From: an uncultured Candidatus Rokubacteria bacterium
Lineage (GTDB): Bacteria; Methylomirabilota; Methylomirabilia; Rokubacteriales; CSP1-6
Reading direction: 5' to 3'
DNA length: 64,000 bases
Assembly: GCA_963789955.1 (NCBI GenBank)
Contig: CAWBMV010000016.1
Location: 35,422-99,421, forward strand
The translations under genes were made by a program, and so were the position numbers. Positions 28,527 through 38,017 of the stretch are shown here, piece by piece. Under the pieces are notes generated by a model. That model worked only from the letters and a program-made list of their open reading frames with translations, was not told the DNA's origin and ran no database searches. Each line of letters begins with the position of its first letter. Within the stretch, counting starts at the first letter, position 1.

Positions 28527-29256
28527 CGTCCACCGTCAGGACCTGCCCCTGGATCGCCTGCGCCGCCGGGCTCGCGAGAAAGTAGACGACGCCGGCGACT
28601 TCGTCCGCCGTCACGAGTGCCCGGCCCGGCGTGCGCTCGCGGATCGCCGCGAGCGCCGCCGTGCCGTCGGGCATCGCCTGCCACACGTCCGTCTCCACGG
28701 CCCCGGCCGACACCGTGTTCACGGTGATGCCCTTCGCGCCGAGCTCGACGGCGAGGTAGCGCGTGAGTCCCTCGAGCGCGGCCTTCGACACGCCGATCGA
28801 CGCATAGCCCGGAATGACACGCTGGCTGCCGAGGCTCGACAGCGCGATGATCCGGCCGCCCGGCGTCATGATCCGCGAGGCTTCCTGGGCCAGGATCAGC
28901 AGCGCGCGCGCGTTGGTCGCCATGACCCAATCCCACTGCTTGGGCGAGAGATCGAGCCCGTCCCGCAGCACGCCGGATGCGGCGTTGCTCACCACGACGT
29001 CGAGACGACCCGCGCGGTTCTTGATCTCGGCCACCAGCCGCTTGATCTCCGCCGGCTCCTTGAGGTCGGCCTGCAGCAGGTGCGGCACGCCGCCGCGCAG
29101 CTCCACGTCGTGCGCCGTCTTTTCCGCGGCCTCGCGATTCACGAAGAAGTTCACGAAGACCAGGGCGCCGGCCTCGGCGAAGCGCAGCGCGATCGCGCGC
29201 CCGATGCCGCGGCCGCCGCCGGTCACCAGCACGCTGCGCGGTGTCGCGTCACTCAT
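28504..29256 (-). CDS. SDR-family enoyl-ACP reductase, FabL-like
   Basis: Intact 250-aa ORF with TGGGRGIGRAIA. The segment LSSLGSQRVIPGYASIGVSKAALEGLTRYLAVELGAKGITVNTVSAGAVETD closely parallels B. subtilis FabL (SSLGS..Y..VGVSKAALEALTRYLAVEL). Confidence 0.75.
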   Translation of the reverse strand: MSDATPRSVLVTGGGRGIGRAIALRFAEAGALVFVNFFVNREAAEKTAHDVELRGGVPHLLQADLKEPAEIKRLVAEIKNRAGRLDVVVSNAASGVLRDGLDLSPKQWDWVMATNARALLILAQEASRIMTPGGRIIALSSLGSQRVIPGYASIGVSKAALEGLTRYLAVELGAKGITVNTVSAGAVETDVWQAMPDGTAALAAIRERTPGRALVTADEVAGVVYFLASPAAQAIQGQVLTVDGGYSLLA

Positions 29257-29259
29257 GCG

Positions 29260-29739
29260 TCACGCGCCGCCGTCTCGCGGCGCGAGACCGGCGGGCACCG
29301 GCGTGAGCTCGCGCGCGAGCGCGCCGAGCCGCGCGGCATGGCGTTCCGCGTCGGTCCCGGGGGCCGCCGGCTCGAGCTCGTACTCGAGGGTCGCCGCCGC
29401 GACCCGGCGCGACTCGACCATCGCCGTCGCGTCGAGCACCCAGCCGTCGTCGCTTCGCCGCTCGCACCGGATCGCGAGCTGATCGCCGGGACGCACGGGA
29501 TGCCGGAATGCGACGCGTGAGAGCCGGCGCAGCCGCCCGACCTCGGCGAACTCCCGGCTCAGCGCGATCAGGAGCTGGCACGCCTGCGCGAACGCCTCGA
29601 CGACGAGCGCGCCCGGCAAGACCGGGTAGCCGGGAAAGTGGTCGGCGAACACGTCGTCGAGCCCGCTCACGTGCTTCGAGGTCTCGATCCGGCGAGGGAC
29701 GTCGAGCTTCACGATGCGGTCCACGAACACGAAGCGCAT
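29260..29739 (-). CDS. Hotdog-fold 3-hydroxyacyl-ACP dehydratase (FabZ/FabA-like)
   Basis: The ATG is at 29739. The product is MRFVFVDRIVKLD..HVSGLDDVFADHFPGYPVLPGALVVEAFAQ, which contains the His-containing dehydratase motif. 159 aa. Confidence 0.65.
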   Translation of the reverse strand: MRFVFVDRIVKLDVPRRIETSKHVSGLDDVFADHFPGYPVLPGALVVEAFAQACQLLIALSREFAEVGRLRRLSRVAFRHPVRPGDQLAIRCERRSDDGWVLDATAMVESRRVAAATLEYELEPAAPGTDAERHAARLGALARELTPVPAGLAPRDGGA

Positions 29740-29771
29740 CCTGGTGGACGGCGCGCGGCGCCGTCGTCTCC

Positions 29772-30380
29772 TCAGGCTCCGGCGGCGAGCCGCCCGGCGG
29801 CCGCGAGCTGGCCCACGAGGTACTCGGTGACGGCGTGAACGGTCAGCCGGCTCATGACGGCCTCGACCGCGTCCGGCGAGTGCAGGTTCTTCTCGAGATA
29901 GCCGGCGAGCTGGTCGACCTCGAGGCCCGACAGGTCGAGCGGGGTCAGCGCGAGATCGTCGAGCATGCGGGTGACGAGCACCGTGACGACCTCGCGCGCG
30001 TCGCCGGAGACTCGGGCGATACCGTGCTTGGCGGCCATGTGCTCGAGCACCGCGCCGACCGTCGCCGGCGACACCATGCGCAGCTCCTCGGCCGCCACCG
30101 CGACGCGATACCGCGCCTCGAGCACGCGGGCCAGCACGCTCAGGTCGCGCCACTCGATCCGGCGCTCCTGGATCAGTCGCATCGGCAGGTCGACGCCGAA
30201 GGTCTGCTGACACTTGAAGCTCAGGTCGAGAAAGTCGATCGACTCGGCGCCGAGATCCGCGATCAGCGCGGCCTCCGCCGTCACGTTCCCCTCGTCGACG
30301 CCGAGTGATTCGACGATGAGCTTGCCCACGCTCACGCGAACTTCGGGTCGAGTCCAGATCTTCCTGGTATCGGGCTCCAT
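29772..30380 (-). CDS. Acyl carrier protein domain protein with a C-terminal extension (202 aa)
   Basis: The N-terminal ~80 aa look like an ACP, with the phosphopantetheine-site context ADLGAESIDFLDL. The remaining ~120 aa are helical with no obvious second DSL-type serine. Confidence 0.6.
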   Translation of the reverse strand: MEPDTRKIWTRPEVRVSVGKLIVESLGVDEGNVTAEAALIADLGAESIDFLDLSFKCQQTFGVDLPMRLIQERRIEWRDLSVLARVLEARYRVAVAAEELRMVSPATVGAVLEHMAAKHGIARVSGDAREVVTVLVTRMLDDLALTPLDLSGLEVDQLAGYLEKNLHSPDAVEAVMSRLTVHAVTEYLVGQLAAAGRLAAGA

Positions 30381-30396
30381 GCGCTCCCCGGCCTCC

Positions 30397-31143
30397 TCAG
30401 CCGATTCCGCCGTCGACGGCGATGACCTGGCCCGTGATGTAGCTCGCCTCCTCCGAGGCGAGGAACACGGCCAGCGCGGCCACCTCTTCGGGGCGACCCA
30501 CGCGCCGCATCGGGATCCACTCCCGAATCTTCGGCGCGGCCATGCCGATGAACGGACGGCTCATGTCGGTCTCGATCAATCCCGGCGCGATCGCGTTCAC
30601 CGTGACGCCCCGGGCGCCGAGCTCCCGCGCCAGGGCCACGGTGAAGGCGTTGACGCCGCCCTTCGACGCCGCGTAGCCGACCTGGCCGCGGCCGGCCCGC
30701 GACGCCAGCACCGAGCTCACGTTGATGATGCGGCCCCAGCCCTGGCGGAGCATGTGCCCGGCGCCCAGACGCGCACAGCGAAAGACGGCGTCCAGGTTGG
30801 TCTCGAGCACCGACGCCCACTCGTCGTCCGGCGTCTCGACGAACAATCCCTCGCGGCTGATCCCCGCGTTGTTCACCAGGACGTCGAGCCGGCCCGCGCG
30901 CTCGACGACCGCACCGATCAGCGCCTCGGTCTGGGCCCGGTCGCTCACGTCGGCCTGGTACACGAAGCCGTGTCCGCCGGCCGCCTCGATCGCCCCCAAG
31001 GTTTCCTTGGCGCGCTCGTGCTGCTGGCGATAGTTGATGCACACCGTCGCGCCCGCCCGCGCCAGCGCGATGGCGATGGCGCGTCCGATACCGCGCGAGG
31101 CGCCGGTGACGAGCGCGGCGCGGCCGGTCAACGCGATCTGCAT
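30397..31143 (-). CDS. fabG: 3-oxoacyl-ACP reductase
   Basis: Intact 248-aa classical SDR. Motifs present: VTGASRGIGRAIA, NNAGI, and SS..Y..SKGGV..ELGARGVTVNAIAPGLIETDM. Confidence 0.85.
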   Translation of the reverse strand: MQIALTGRAALVTGASRGIGRAIAIALARAGATVCINYRQQHERAKETLGAIEAAGGHGFVYQADVSDRAQTEALIGAVVERAGRLDVLVNNAGISREGLFVETPDDEWASVLETNLDAVFRCARLGAGHMLRQGWGRIINVSSVLASRAGRGQVGYAASKGGVNAFTVALARELGARGVTVNAIAPGLIETDMSRPFIGMAAPKIREWIPMRRVGRPEEVAALAVFLASEEASYITGQVIAVDGGIG

Positions 31144-31150
31144 GCCGGCG

Positions 31151-32408
31151 CTAGCTCCGCATCATGAGCGCCGAGCACTCGCCGAAGAGCCCGAGCGTGA
31201 GCACCAGCACGGAGCGTAGCACCGGAGTCGTCGCGGGGCTGGGGCCCCGCCGGCCGAGGCGCGATTCTGGATCATGGTCCGACACGTCGGGCGGCACGGT
31301 CGCGTGGCGGAGCGCCGACGAGCACGCCAGGAGCTCGACGGGGCTCGCGGCGGCGCCGAGGTCGGCGTGAGCCGCCTTCAGCTTGAGCCGTGGCGCCGAC
31401 GGCGTCACCGCGCCGAGCGTGCGCGCGAGCGCTGCATCTTCGGCCCGATCGTGGGCCGGGATGCCGTCGCCGTGCAAGCTCACCAGATCGGGAGCGGTCT
31501 TCGCTTCCTCGAGCACCGTGTCGATCACTCGAGTGAGCCGGTCCGCCAGCCGCTGCGGATCGTCGCCGCCTCCGAGGCGGCCATCCCCGGCCGCCGAGGC
31601 GAAGCCGACCATCTCGCCGTGCACGCGCGCACCCCGTGCGATCGCGTGCTCGGCTTCTTCCAGCACGAGCAGGCCGCTGCCTTCACCCGGGACGAGGCCG
31701 GGCCGTCCATCGTCGCCGGCGATCACGCCGCCGCCCCAGTGCGTCGCGAAGAACAGCTCCTCGAGCTGGTCGTCGGCGCCGCCGCAGAGGGCGACGTCGA
31801 GATCGCCCTCGCTCGATGAGCCGCACGGCATCCCCCACCGCGCGCGCGCCGCCGACATGGCCCTCGGTCAGGGCCCGGCAGAATCCCTGCGCGTCATTCG
31901 CGATGGCCAGATGACCGGCGATCAGGTTCGGCAAAGTCTTCAGCGAGAAGTCGAGCGGGTTGATCGAGCGCATGCAGAAGGCGCTCGCGCGCGCCACGTC
32001 GAGCGTGCCCGGGGAGACCGTCGACTCCGACGCCGCGAGGTACTCCAGCATCGAGCCGAGATCCCAGGCGAGCATGTTCACCCCGAGCAGCACGCCGAAG
32101 CGCCGCGGATCACCGGCGCCCGCGACGAGCCCCGCGTCTTCCATCGCGAGCGCGCCGCCGAGCATCGCCAGGAGCGTCGCGCGGTTCCAGAGCTTCTGCT
32201 GCTTGCGCGGCAGGCGCGCGAGATGAGGCTGAATGGCGTCCGGCGCCACCTCGGCCCCGCGCGACGCCGGCAGCCCGAGCGCGGCGAGCCGATCCCGGCG
32301 GCCGACGGCCGAGCGCCCCGCGCAGAGCGCCTGCCAGTGCGGCTCGATCCCGACGCCGAGCGGCGAGACGACGCCGCGCCCGGTCAGCACGACGCCGCGC
32401 CCCCTCAT
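31151..32408 (-). CDS. Ketosynthase-like protein without the active-site Cys (chain-length-factor-like partner), one apparent frameshift
   Basis: The N-terminal half lies in the frame of ORF 31683..33392 (MRGRGVVLTGRGVVSPLGVG..NLIAGHLAIANDAQGFCRALTEGHVGGARAVGDAVRLIERG). The C-terminal half is in ORF 31151..31858 (DLDVALCGGADDQ..PGEGSGLLVLEE..LHGDGIPAHDRAE..LKAAHADLGAAA). Where KS enzymes have xACxS, this protein reads TEGHVGG. Confidence 0.65.
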
Positions 32409-32690
32409 GCGCGGGCACCTCGCGCCGGGTCGCCGGCCGGCGGCTCGACGCACACGAACATGAGCGTCGCCCGCGCGATCGGCGTGCGCTCGACGTACAC
32501 CTCGCTCTCCGTCTCGGCGACGCTCGTCCCGTCGGCCACCGACGTGAGCCCGCGGAGCGTGGCACGAGCGCAGCCGGTCGCCCGCGGCAGCGACGCCCGC
32601 GAGACGGCAGTCGGGCACCTTGAGGAGCAGCGGCAAGCGGCTCCGGCCGAGGTGACGGAAGACGATCTCGTCGACGAATTGGTAGCGCAT
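32405..32690 (-). CDS. Small hotdog-like protein (possible second dehydratase subunit), one apparent frameshift
   Basis: The ATG is at 32690. The product starts MRYQFVDEIVFRHLGRSRLPLLLKVPDC.. and, after a frame change, continues ..ATLRGLTSVADGTSVAETESEVYVERTPIARATLMFVCVEPP. Its stop overlaps the KS-like ATG (ATGA). The N-terminus parallels the MRFVFVDRIV start of the 29739 dehydratase. Confidence 0.4.
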
Positions 32691-32728
32691 GCAGAGACGG
32701 GTCGAGCGACCGGAGACGAGTGGTGGCG

Positions 32729-35338
32729 CTAGAACAGCACGGCCAGCGCCGCGATGCCCAGGAGCGCCGCGCCGATGGTCTGCGCGATATCGCGAACCGT
32801 CGGCAGGGTGCGGATCTTTTCCTCTTCCTTCGGTGGCACGATGACGGTGTCGCCGGCCTCGACAGTACGGATGTTCGTGAAGCTGGCGATGGCCGAGCCG
32901 TCGGCCTTCACGATGTGGGCTTCCTTCTTGTCCGCCTCTTTCGAGTAGCCGCCGACACGATTGATGTAGTAGTCGACGCCGGCGCCGTCCTTGTGCTGGA
33001 CCGAGGTCGACGTGCGCACCGCACCGATGACCAGCACCGAGTCGGGCGGCTCCGGCACGCTCAGCGTGTCGCCGTCGACCAGGGTGACGTCGTTCTCCGT
33101 ACCCTTGAGCTTGTCGGGCTGGTCGAGGCGCACGACCATGCGGCCCACCACGACCTTCGCTGGCCAGGAGCCGCAGCGCCTCGCGGCGCGCCTGCAGCGC
33201 TTGCTGCTGGGCGGCGACTTCTTCCTTCTCGGCGCCGACGATCACCGTCGAGGCCGACGCGAGCATGCGCTGCTCCTGGGTCTTCATGAAGGCGTCGAGC
33301 TGCTCCTGCTCGATCCGCCGGAGCGAGGCGCGGGTGAACGCCGCACCCTTGAGGAACGCGCGGTCGGTGAAACCGCCGGCGCGCTGGAGCACCGAGGAGA
33401 GCTTCTCCCCTGTCGGCGATCGTATAGATGCCCGGTCGCAGGACCTGCCCGCCCAGCACGATCGTCCGGGCGGCCTTGAGCTCGGTGCGCACCGTCACCT
33501 CGTCGAGCGGCCTCAGCAGCAGATCCTGGTTCAGGTCGCCGCCCCACGCCTTCTTCAGATCGACGGACAGCACTTCCATCGTCAGATCCGGACGCCGGCG
33601 CGCCACCTCGACGCGCTCGGTGTAGGCCTCGGGCAGGAGCTTGTCGGCCGGCAGGAGCTGGCTGATCCGCATCAACGGCTTGAGCTCGTACGCGCCGGGA
33701 TACCGCACCGCGCCATCGACCTTCACGATGTTGTACACACGCGGGTCGGCCGGGTGAATGAGCACGAGATCACCCGCGTTGACGAGCGGGTTGCTCGCCT
33801 CGTCGCCCTTCAGGTAATGCGCCGTCAGATCGACGTCGAGCGTCGCGCGCTCGGCGTTCGGCAGCGCGCGGACGATCTGGACCCGCTTGAGATAGCTGGT
33901 CGGAGTGACGCCGCCCGCGAGGGTGACGACGTCGGCCAGACGGGTCCCCGTCTGGACTTCGTAGATCGCCGGCCGCTTGACCTCGCCCGCCACCGCGACC
34001 ACGTCGCCGACCGTCGGCACGAAGATCGTATCGCCGGACTCGAGCCGGTAGTCGCGCGCCCGGTCGCCGCGCTGCAGGAAGTCGTAGAGGTCGATGCGCG
34101 CGACCTGAACGTTGCTGCGCAGCAGCCGCACCTCGCGGAGCGAGCCGAGCTTGGTCGGCCCGCCGGCGCTGTAGAGCGCGTTCGTCACGGTGGCGAGCGA
34201 GCTCAAGGTGTAGACGCCGGGCTGGCAGACCTCGCCGACGACGTGAACGCTGACGGTGCGCAGCCGCCCCATGGTCACGCTGGTCTGGAAGCCGCGGAAG
34301 AACCGGGAGAGCTCGTCCCGGATCAGACGATCGGCCTGGGAGAACGTGAGCCCCCAGATCCGGAGGTCACCAACTTTCGGAAGCACGATCCGCCCGTTGC
34401 GATCGACCGTGCGGATCAGGGTGCTATCGACCGCTCCCCAGACGTTGATCGTGAGATCGTCGCCGGGACCGAGCACGTAGTCGGGTCCGACCGGAATGTC
34501 GTCGACGGGCGCGAACGTCGAGACGTTCGCGGCGAACATCGCGTAGCCGTACTGCCGCAGCGGCGAGCCGAACGGCCCGAGGTAGGCCTGCGACGGCTGA
34601 TCTTGATTGCTCGGCCGCTGCGATTGCGGGAGCTGTTGCAGGAGCGCGGCCTGCTGCGCCTGCTGCGACGATTGCGGCTGCTGCATCGCGAATTGCGCCT
34701 GGGTCTGCTGGAAGCTTCCGATCTGCTGGACGCGCACCGAATCCAGATTGAAGCCGGCCTCGATTCTCGAGAACTCGTCGACGTCGGACGCCGTCGACGG
34801 CACGCCCGCGTTGGACGTCCGCGGGTCGGCGAACTGCTGCGGCTGTTGTTGCTGCGGCGGCTGTTGTTGCGTGAGCGGGCTGACCCGGAGCGCCGAGGGC
34901 TCCCGGCGCGCTTTGCGTCACGGTGACCTGCGTCACCGTCCCACCCTGGGCGACCTGCGGCCCTTGCTGGTACGGGAGCTGGTCCGCGGGCCGCGAGCGG
35001 GGAATCGAGACGGTCTGATACGGGCGGCCTCCGATACCGGGCTGGCAGATGTTCGGCCCCGCCGGCCCAGCCGGTCGCTGGATCATCTGGGGAGATTGCT
35101 GCATCTGGGGAAGCATTTGCGGCTGCTGCGGCACGCCGACGTAAGGAGCCGTCGTGCTCGGGCCTGGCAGCACACGGCCGTAGGCGCCGTCGCTTTGACC
35201 CAGGCTGGGCGTCATCTGGTACCCGTTGCCGTTGCCCGGGGTTGACGTCTGCGCGAGAGCAGGAGACACCGCGAGGACGAGGTCGGACCCGAGCAGGGCG
35301 ACCATGGTCATCGTGGCCAGGAGTTTCCTCGACCGCAT
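32729..35338 (-). CDS. Large outer-membrane polysaccharide export (OPX, Wza-like) protein with multiple SLBB domains, apparent frameshifts
   Basis: - Signal peptide MRSRKLLATMTMVALLGSDLVLAVSPALA, then a ~200-aa Q/P-rich region.
- Poly_export motif: PVGPDYVLGPGDDLTINVWG.
- Repeated SLBB-like units: VHVVGEVCQPGVY, VAVAGEVKRPAIYEV, VKVDGAVRYPGAYEL, IVLGGQVLRPGIYTI, VLVIGAVRTSTSV.
- C-terminal TM helix IGAALLGIAALAVLF.
- The pieces lie in ORFs 34424..35338, 33061..34803, 31683..33392 (its N-terminus) and 32729..33151. Confidence 0.8.
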
Positions 35339-35342
35339 GTTC

Positions 35343-36815
35343 CTATCCTCTCCCGAGGCGCTCGATTTTACGCGAACGTTCCTCGAACCGAATGATCCGA
35401 CTTCTGGCGATACTCGACGGACCGATATCCAACAGGTGGTAGACGCTCACGATCGTGGACGCATCGCCGGCGCCGACGCTCGTCACCCAGGCCGGCGGCC
35501 CGCTGAGGCGCTCATCGACGAGCCGAAGGAGCTTGCGGCCCGTGCGAAGGGTCCCCGGCGCGACGAACACGACTTCCAGGTCGATCAGGCGTTGGCAGTA
35601 GGCCGACCAGGCGTCGGGCCGCGTGCGCTGGAGCGCGCCGAGCATCGCCTGGACGGCCCGCTCGCGGGCCGCGGCATCGCCCTCGAGCTCGAGGCGGAAT
35701 TGCACGACGGTGGTGAGATCGCGCTCGTAGAGCCCGACCTGCCAGTCGTTCGGGAGCCGCGGCACCTCCGCGAGCAGCGGCTCGAAGAAGTCCGGGCGAA
35801 GATTGCCCCAGGCGCACGAGACCTGCTCGTCGAGCCTGCCCCGCAACGGCGAGAGCCGGCGGAACGGGAGCCCGCACGCGCAGGGCTCCGGAACCCAGCG
35901 CGCCACGTCGCCCGTGCGGTAGCGGATCAGCGGCATCACCCGCCGGCTCACCGTCGTCAGGACGATCTCTCCGTAGCCGTCGGAGTCCGCATCGGCGAGC
36001 TCGACGCAGAAGTCGAACTCGTTCACGTGATAGCCCGCACGCTGCGTGCATTCGAAGCCGAGGATGGTCGCGGCCTCGGTCGACGCGTACGTCATACACA
36101 CGAGCGCGCCCCAGAAGCTCTCGAGCTCGGCCCGCGTACGCGGCGTGATCCCCTCGCCGCCGCCGATCAGGACTTTCATCGGCCCGGGCCGTCCGCGCTC
36201 GCGCGCGATCTCGGTCAGCCGCGCCAGCCAGAAAGGATCGCCGACGATGACGTTGAAGCGGTACTCGGCGAGCCGCTCGTAGGCCTCGCGCGGATCGACG
36301 CGGCCCACGACCATCGAGAACATCGGCGTGTAGCGCATGAGGCGTTCGACGAGCAAGGAGCCGAGACCCCAGTCGAGCCCGAGCGTCGAGAGGAGCCGGT
36401 CTCCCCGCCCCAGGCCGTAGAGTCCGAGCATGAGGCCGCCCTGGCGGGCGTTGTACTCGAGCTCACGCCGGCTCAGGTAGACGCGCGTCACGTGGCCCGA
36501 GGTGCCGGAGCTCTCGATCGCGAGCTCGGCCGGCCCCGTCACGAGCGCCTCGGGGCGCGTCTTGAGGATCTCCGGGGTGAGGTAGAAGTCGCCGAGATCC
36601 TCGAGCCGGCGGAGGCCCCGCGCCTCGATGCGCGCGGCCGCGAAGGCGTCGCGATACCAGGGTGCGCGCGCGGCGATCCGGAACGTCTCGCGCAGCCCCG
36701 GCGCGCGCAGCGTTTCCAGCACCGGCAGCGGCAGCGCGCGCAGGAACGCCAGCGGAAGCCGCGGGTAACGGCGGCCGAGCGCGAAGAGGACCTCGGAGCC
36801 GGCTCGGAGGTTCAT
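35343..36815 (-). CDS. AMP-forming ligase of the phenylacetate-CoA ligase / coenzyme F390 synthetase (CapK-like) family
   Basis: Intact 490-aa ORF with the adenylation motif IESSGTSGHVTRVY and family-like architecture. Confidence 0.75.
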   Translation of the reverse strand: MNLRAGSEVLFALGRRYPRLPLAFLRALPLPVLETLRAPGLRETFRIAARAPWYRDAFAAARIEARGLRRLEDLGDFYLTPEILKTRPEALVTGPAELAIESSGTSGHVTRVYLSRRELEYNARQGGLMLGLYGLGRGDRLLSTLGLDWGLGSLLVERLMRYTPMFSMVVGRVDPREAYERLAEYRFNVIVGDPFWLARLTEIARERGRPGPMKVLIGGGEGITPRTRAELESFWGALVCMTYASTEAATILGFECTQRAGYHVNEFDFCVELADADSDGYGEIVLTTVSRRVMPLIRYRTGDVARWVPEPCACGLPFRRLSPLRGRLDEQVSCAWGNLRPDFFEPLLAEVPRLPNDWQVGLYERDLTTVVQFRLELEGDAAARERAVQAMLGALQRTRPDAWSAYCQRLIDLEVVFVAPGTLRTGRKLLRLVDERLSGPPAWVTSVGAGDASTIVSVYHLLDIGPSSIARSRIIRFEERSRKIERLGRG

Positions 36816-38013
36816 CGCGCGTAGTGAGCGAAGACCTTGTCGAGGGCGCGCAGGACGTCATCCTGGTCGGCGTCGGTCATCGCGGCGAAGAGGGGCAAGG
36901 TCACCAGCCGCGGCTCAACGGCGTCGGCCGTTGCGCACAGTCCCTTCCCGTAATGGACCCGCTTTCGATAGAACGGGTGATTGTAGACGAGCGGATAGTG
37001 AACGGTGGCCCCGATGTTCTCGGCGCGCAGCGCCTCGACGATCGTGTCGCGTTCCACCACGAGACGCTCGAGGCGAAGCAGGACGACGAAGAGATGCCAG
37101 CCGTGCCGCCCGCCCGGCGGGAGCGCCGGGAGCTCGACGAACGGTGAGCCCCCAGCCGCTCGCGGTAACGCCGGGCGAGGCGATCTCGCTGTGTCCAGAA
37201 GCGATCCAGCTTGGCGAGCTGGGACAACCCCAGCGCCGACTGGAAATCGGTAAGTCGATAGTTGTCGCCTGGCTCGTGAATCTCGTAGCGCCAGGGGCGC
37301 GGGCCGGCGGGCACGCGGATGCCGTGGTGGCGCGCCGCCCGCATCCGCTCGGCGAGGTCGTCGCGATCGGTCAGCACGGCTCCGCCTTCTCCGGTGGTGA
37401 CGATCTTCGCGGGATGGAAGGAGACGGTCGTCAGATCGGCCAGCGCGCCGACGGGTCGATCTCCGGAGGCGCCGCCGAACGAATGCGCTGCGTCCGCGAT
37501 CACGATCCAGCCGTGCTCGCGCGCGATCGCCAGCAATCGGTCGTACTCGCACGGAAGCCCGGCGAAGTCGACGGCCAGCACAGCGCGGGTCCGGGACGTC
37601 GCGACCCGCTTGACCGCGCCGGGAGCCAGATTCAGGGTCGAGCCGTCGATGTCGGCGAAGACCGGCAGCGCGCCGCGATCGACGATCGCGTTCGCGGTCG
37701 CCGCGAACGTGAGCGGCGCCGTGATCACCTCGTCGCCGGCGCCGAACCCCGCCGCCCGGCACGCGAGGTGAAGTGCCGCCGTGCCGCTCGCGACCGCGAC
37801 CGCGTGACGCACCCCCGCGCGCTCGGCCAGGGCCCGCTCGAAGCGGACGACCGCCGGGCCCTGCGTGATCCAGTCCGCGGCGAGGGCGGCGCTGACCGCG
37901 GCGATGTCGTCGGCCTCGATCGTCTGGCGTGCGTACGGCAGCGGTGTGGCCCGAACGCGAGAGCCACCGTGGAGCGCCAGCGTGTCGCTACGGCGTCGAG
38001 GGGGATGGCTCAC
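36812..38013 (-). CDS. DegT/DnrJ/EryC1/StrS-family sugar aminotransferase, one apparent frameshift
   Basis: ORF 36901..38013 carries the PLP-enzyme body (..ADAAHSFGG..VSFHPAKIVTTGEGG..). From about 37140 the conserved C-terminus (SPFVELPALPPGGRHGWHLFVVLL..ENIGATVHYPLVYNHPFY..) continues in ORF 36812..37762. Confidence 0.8.
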
Positions 38014-38017
38014 GGGC

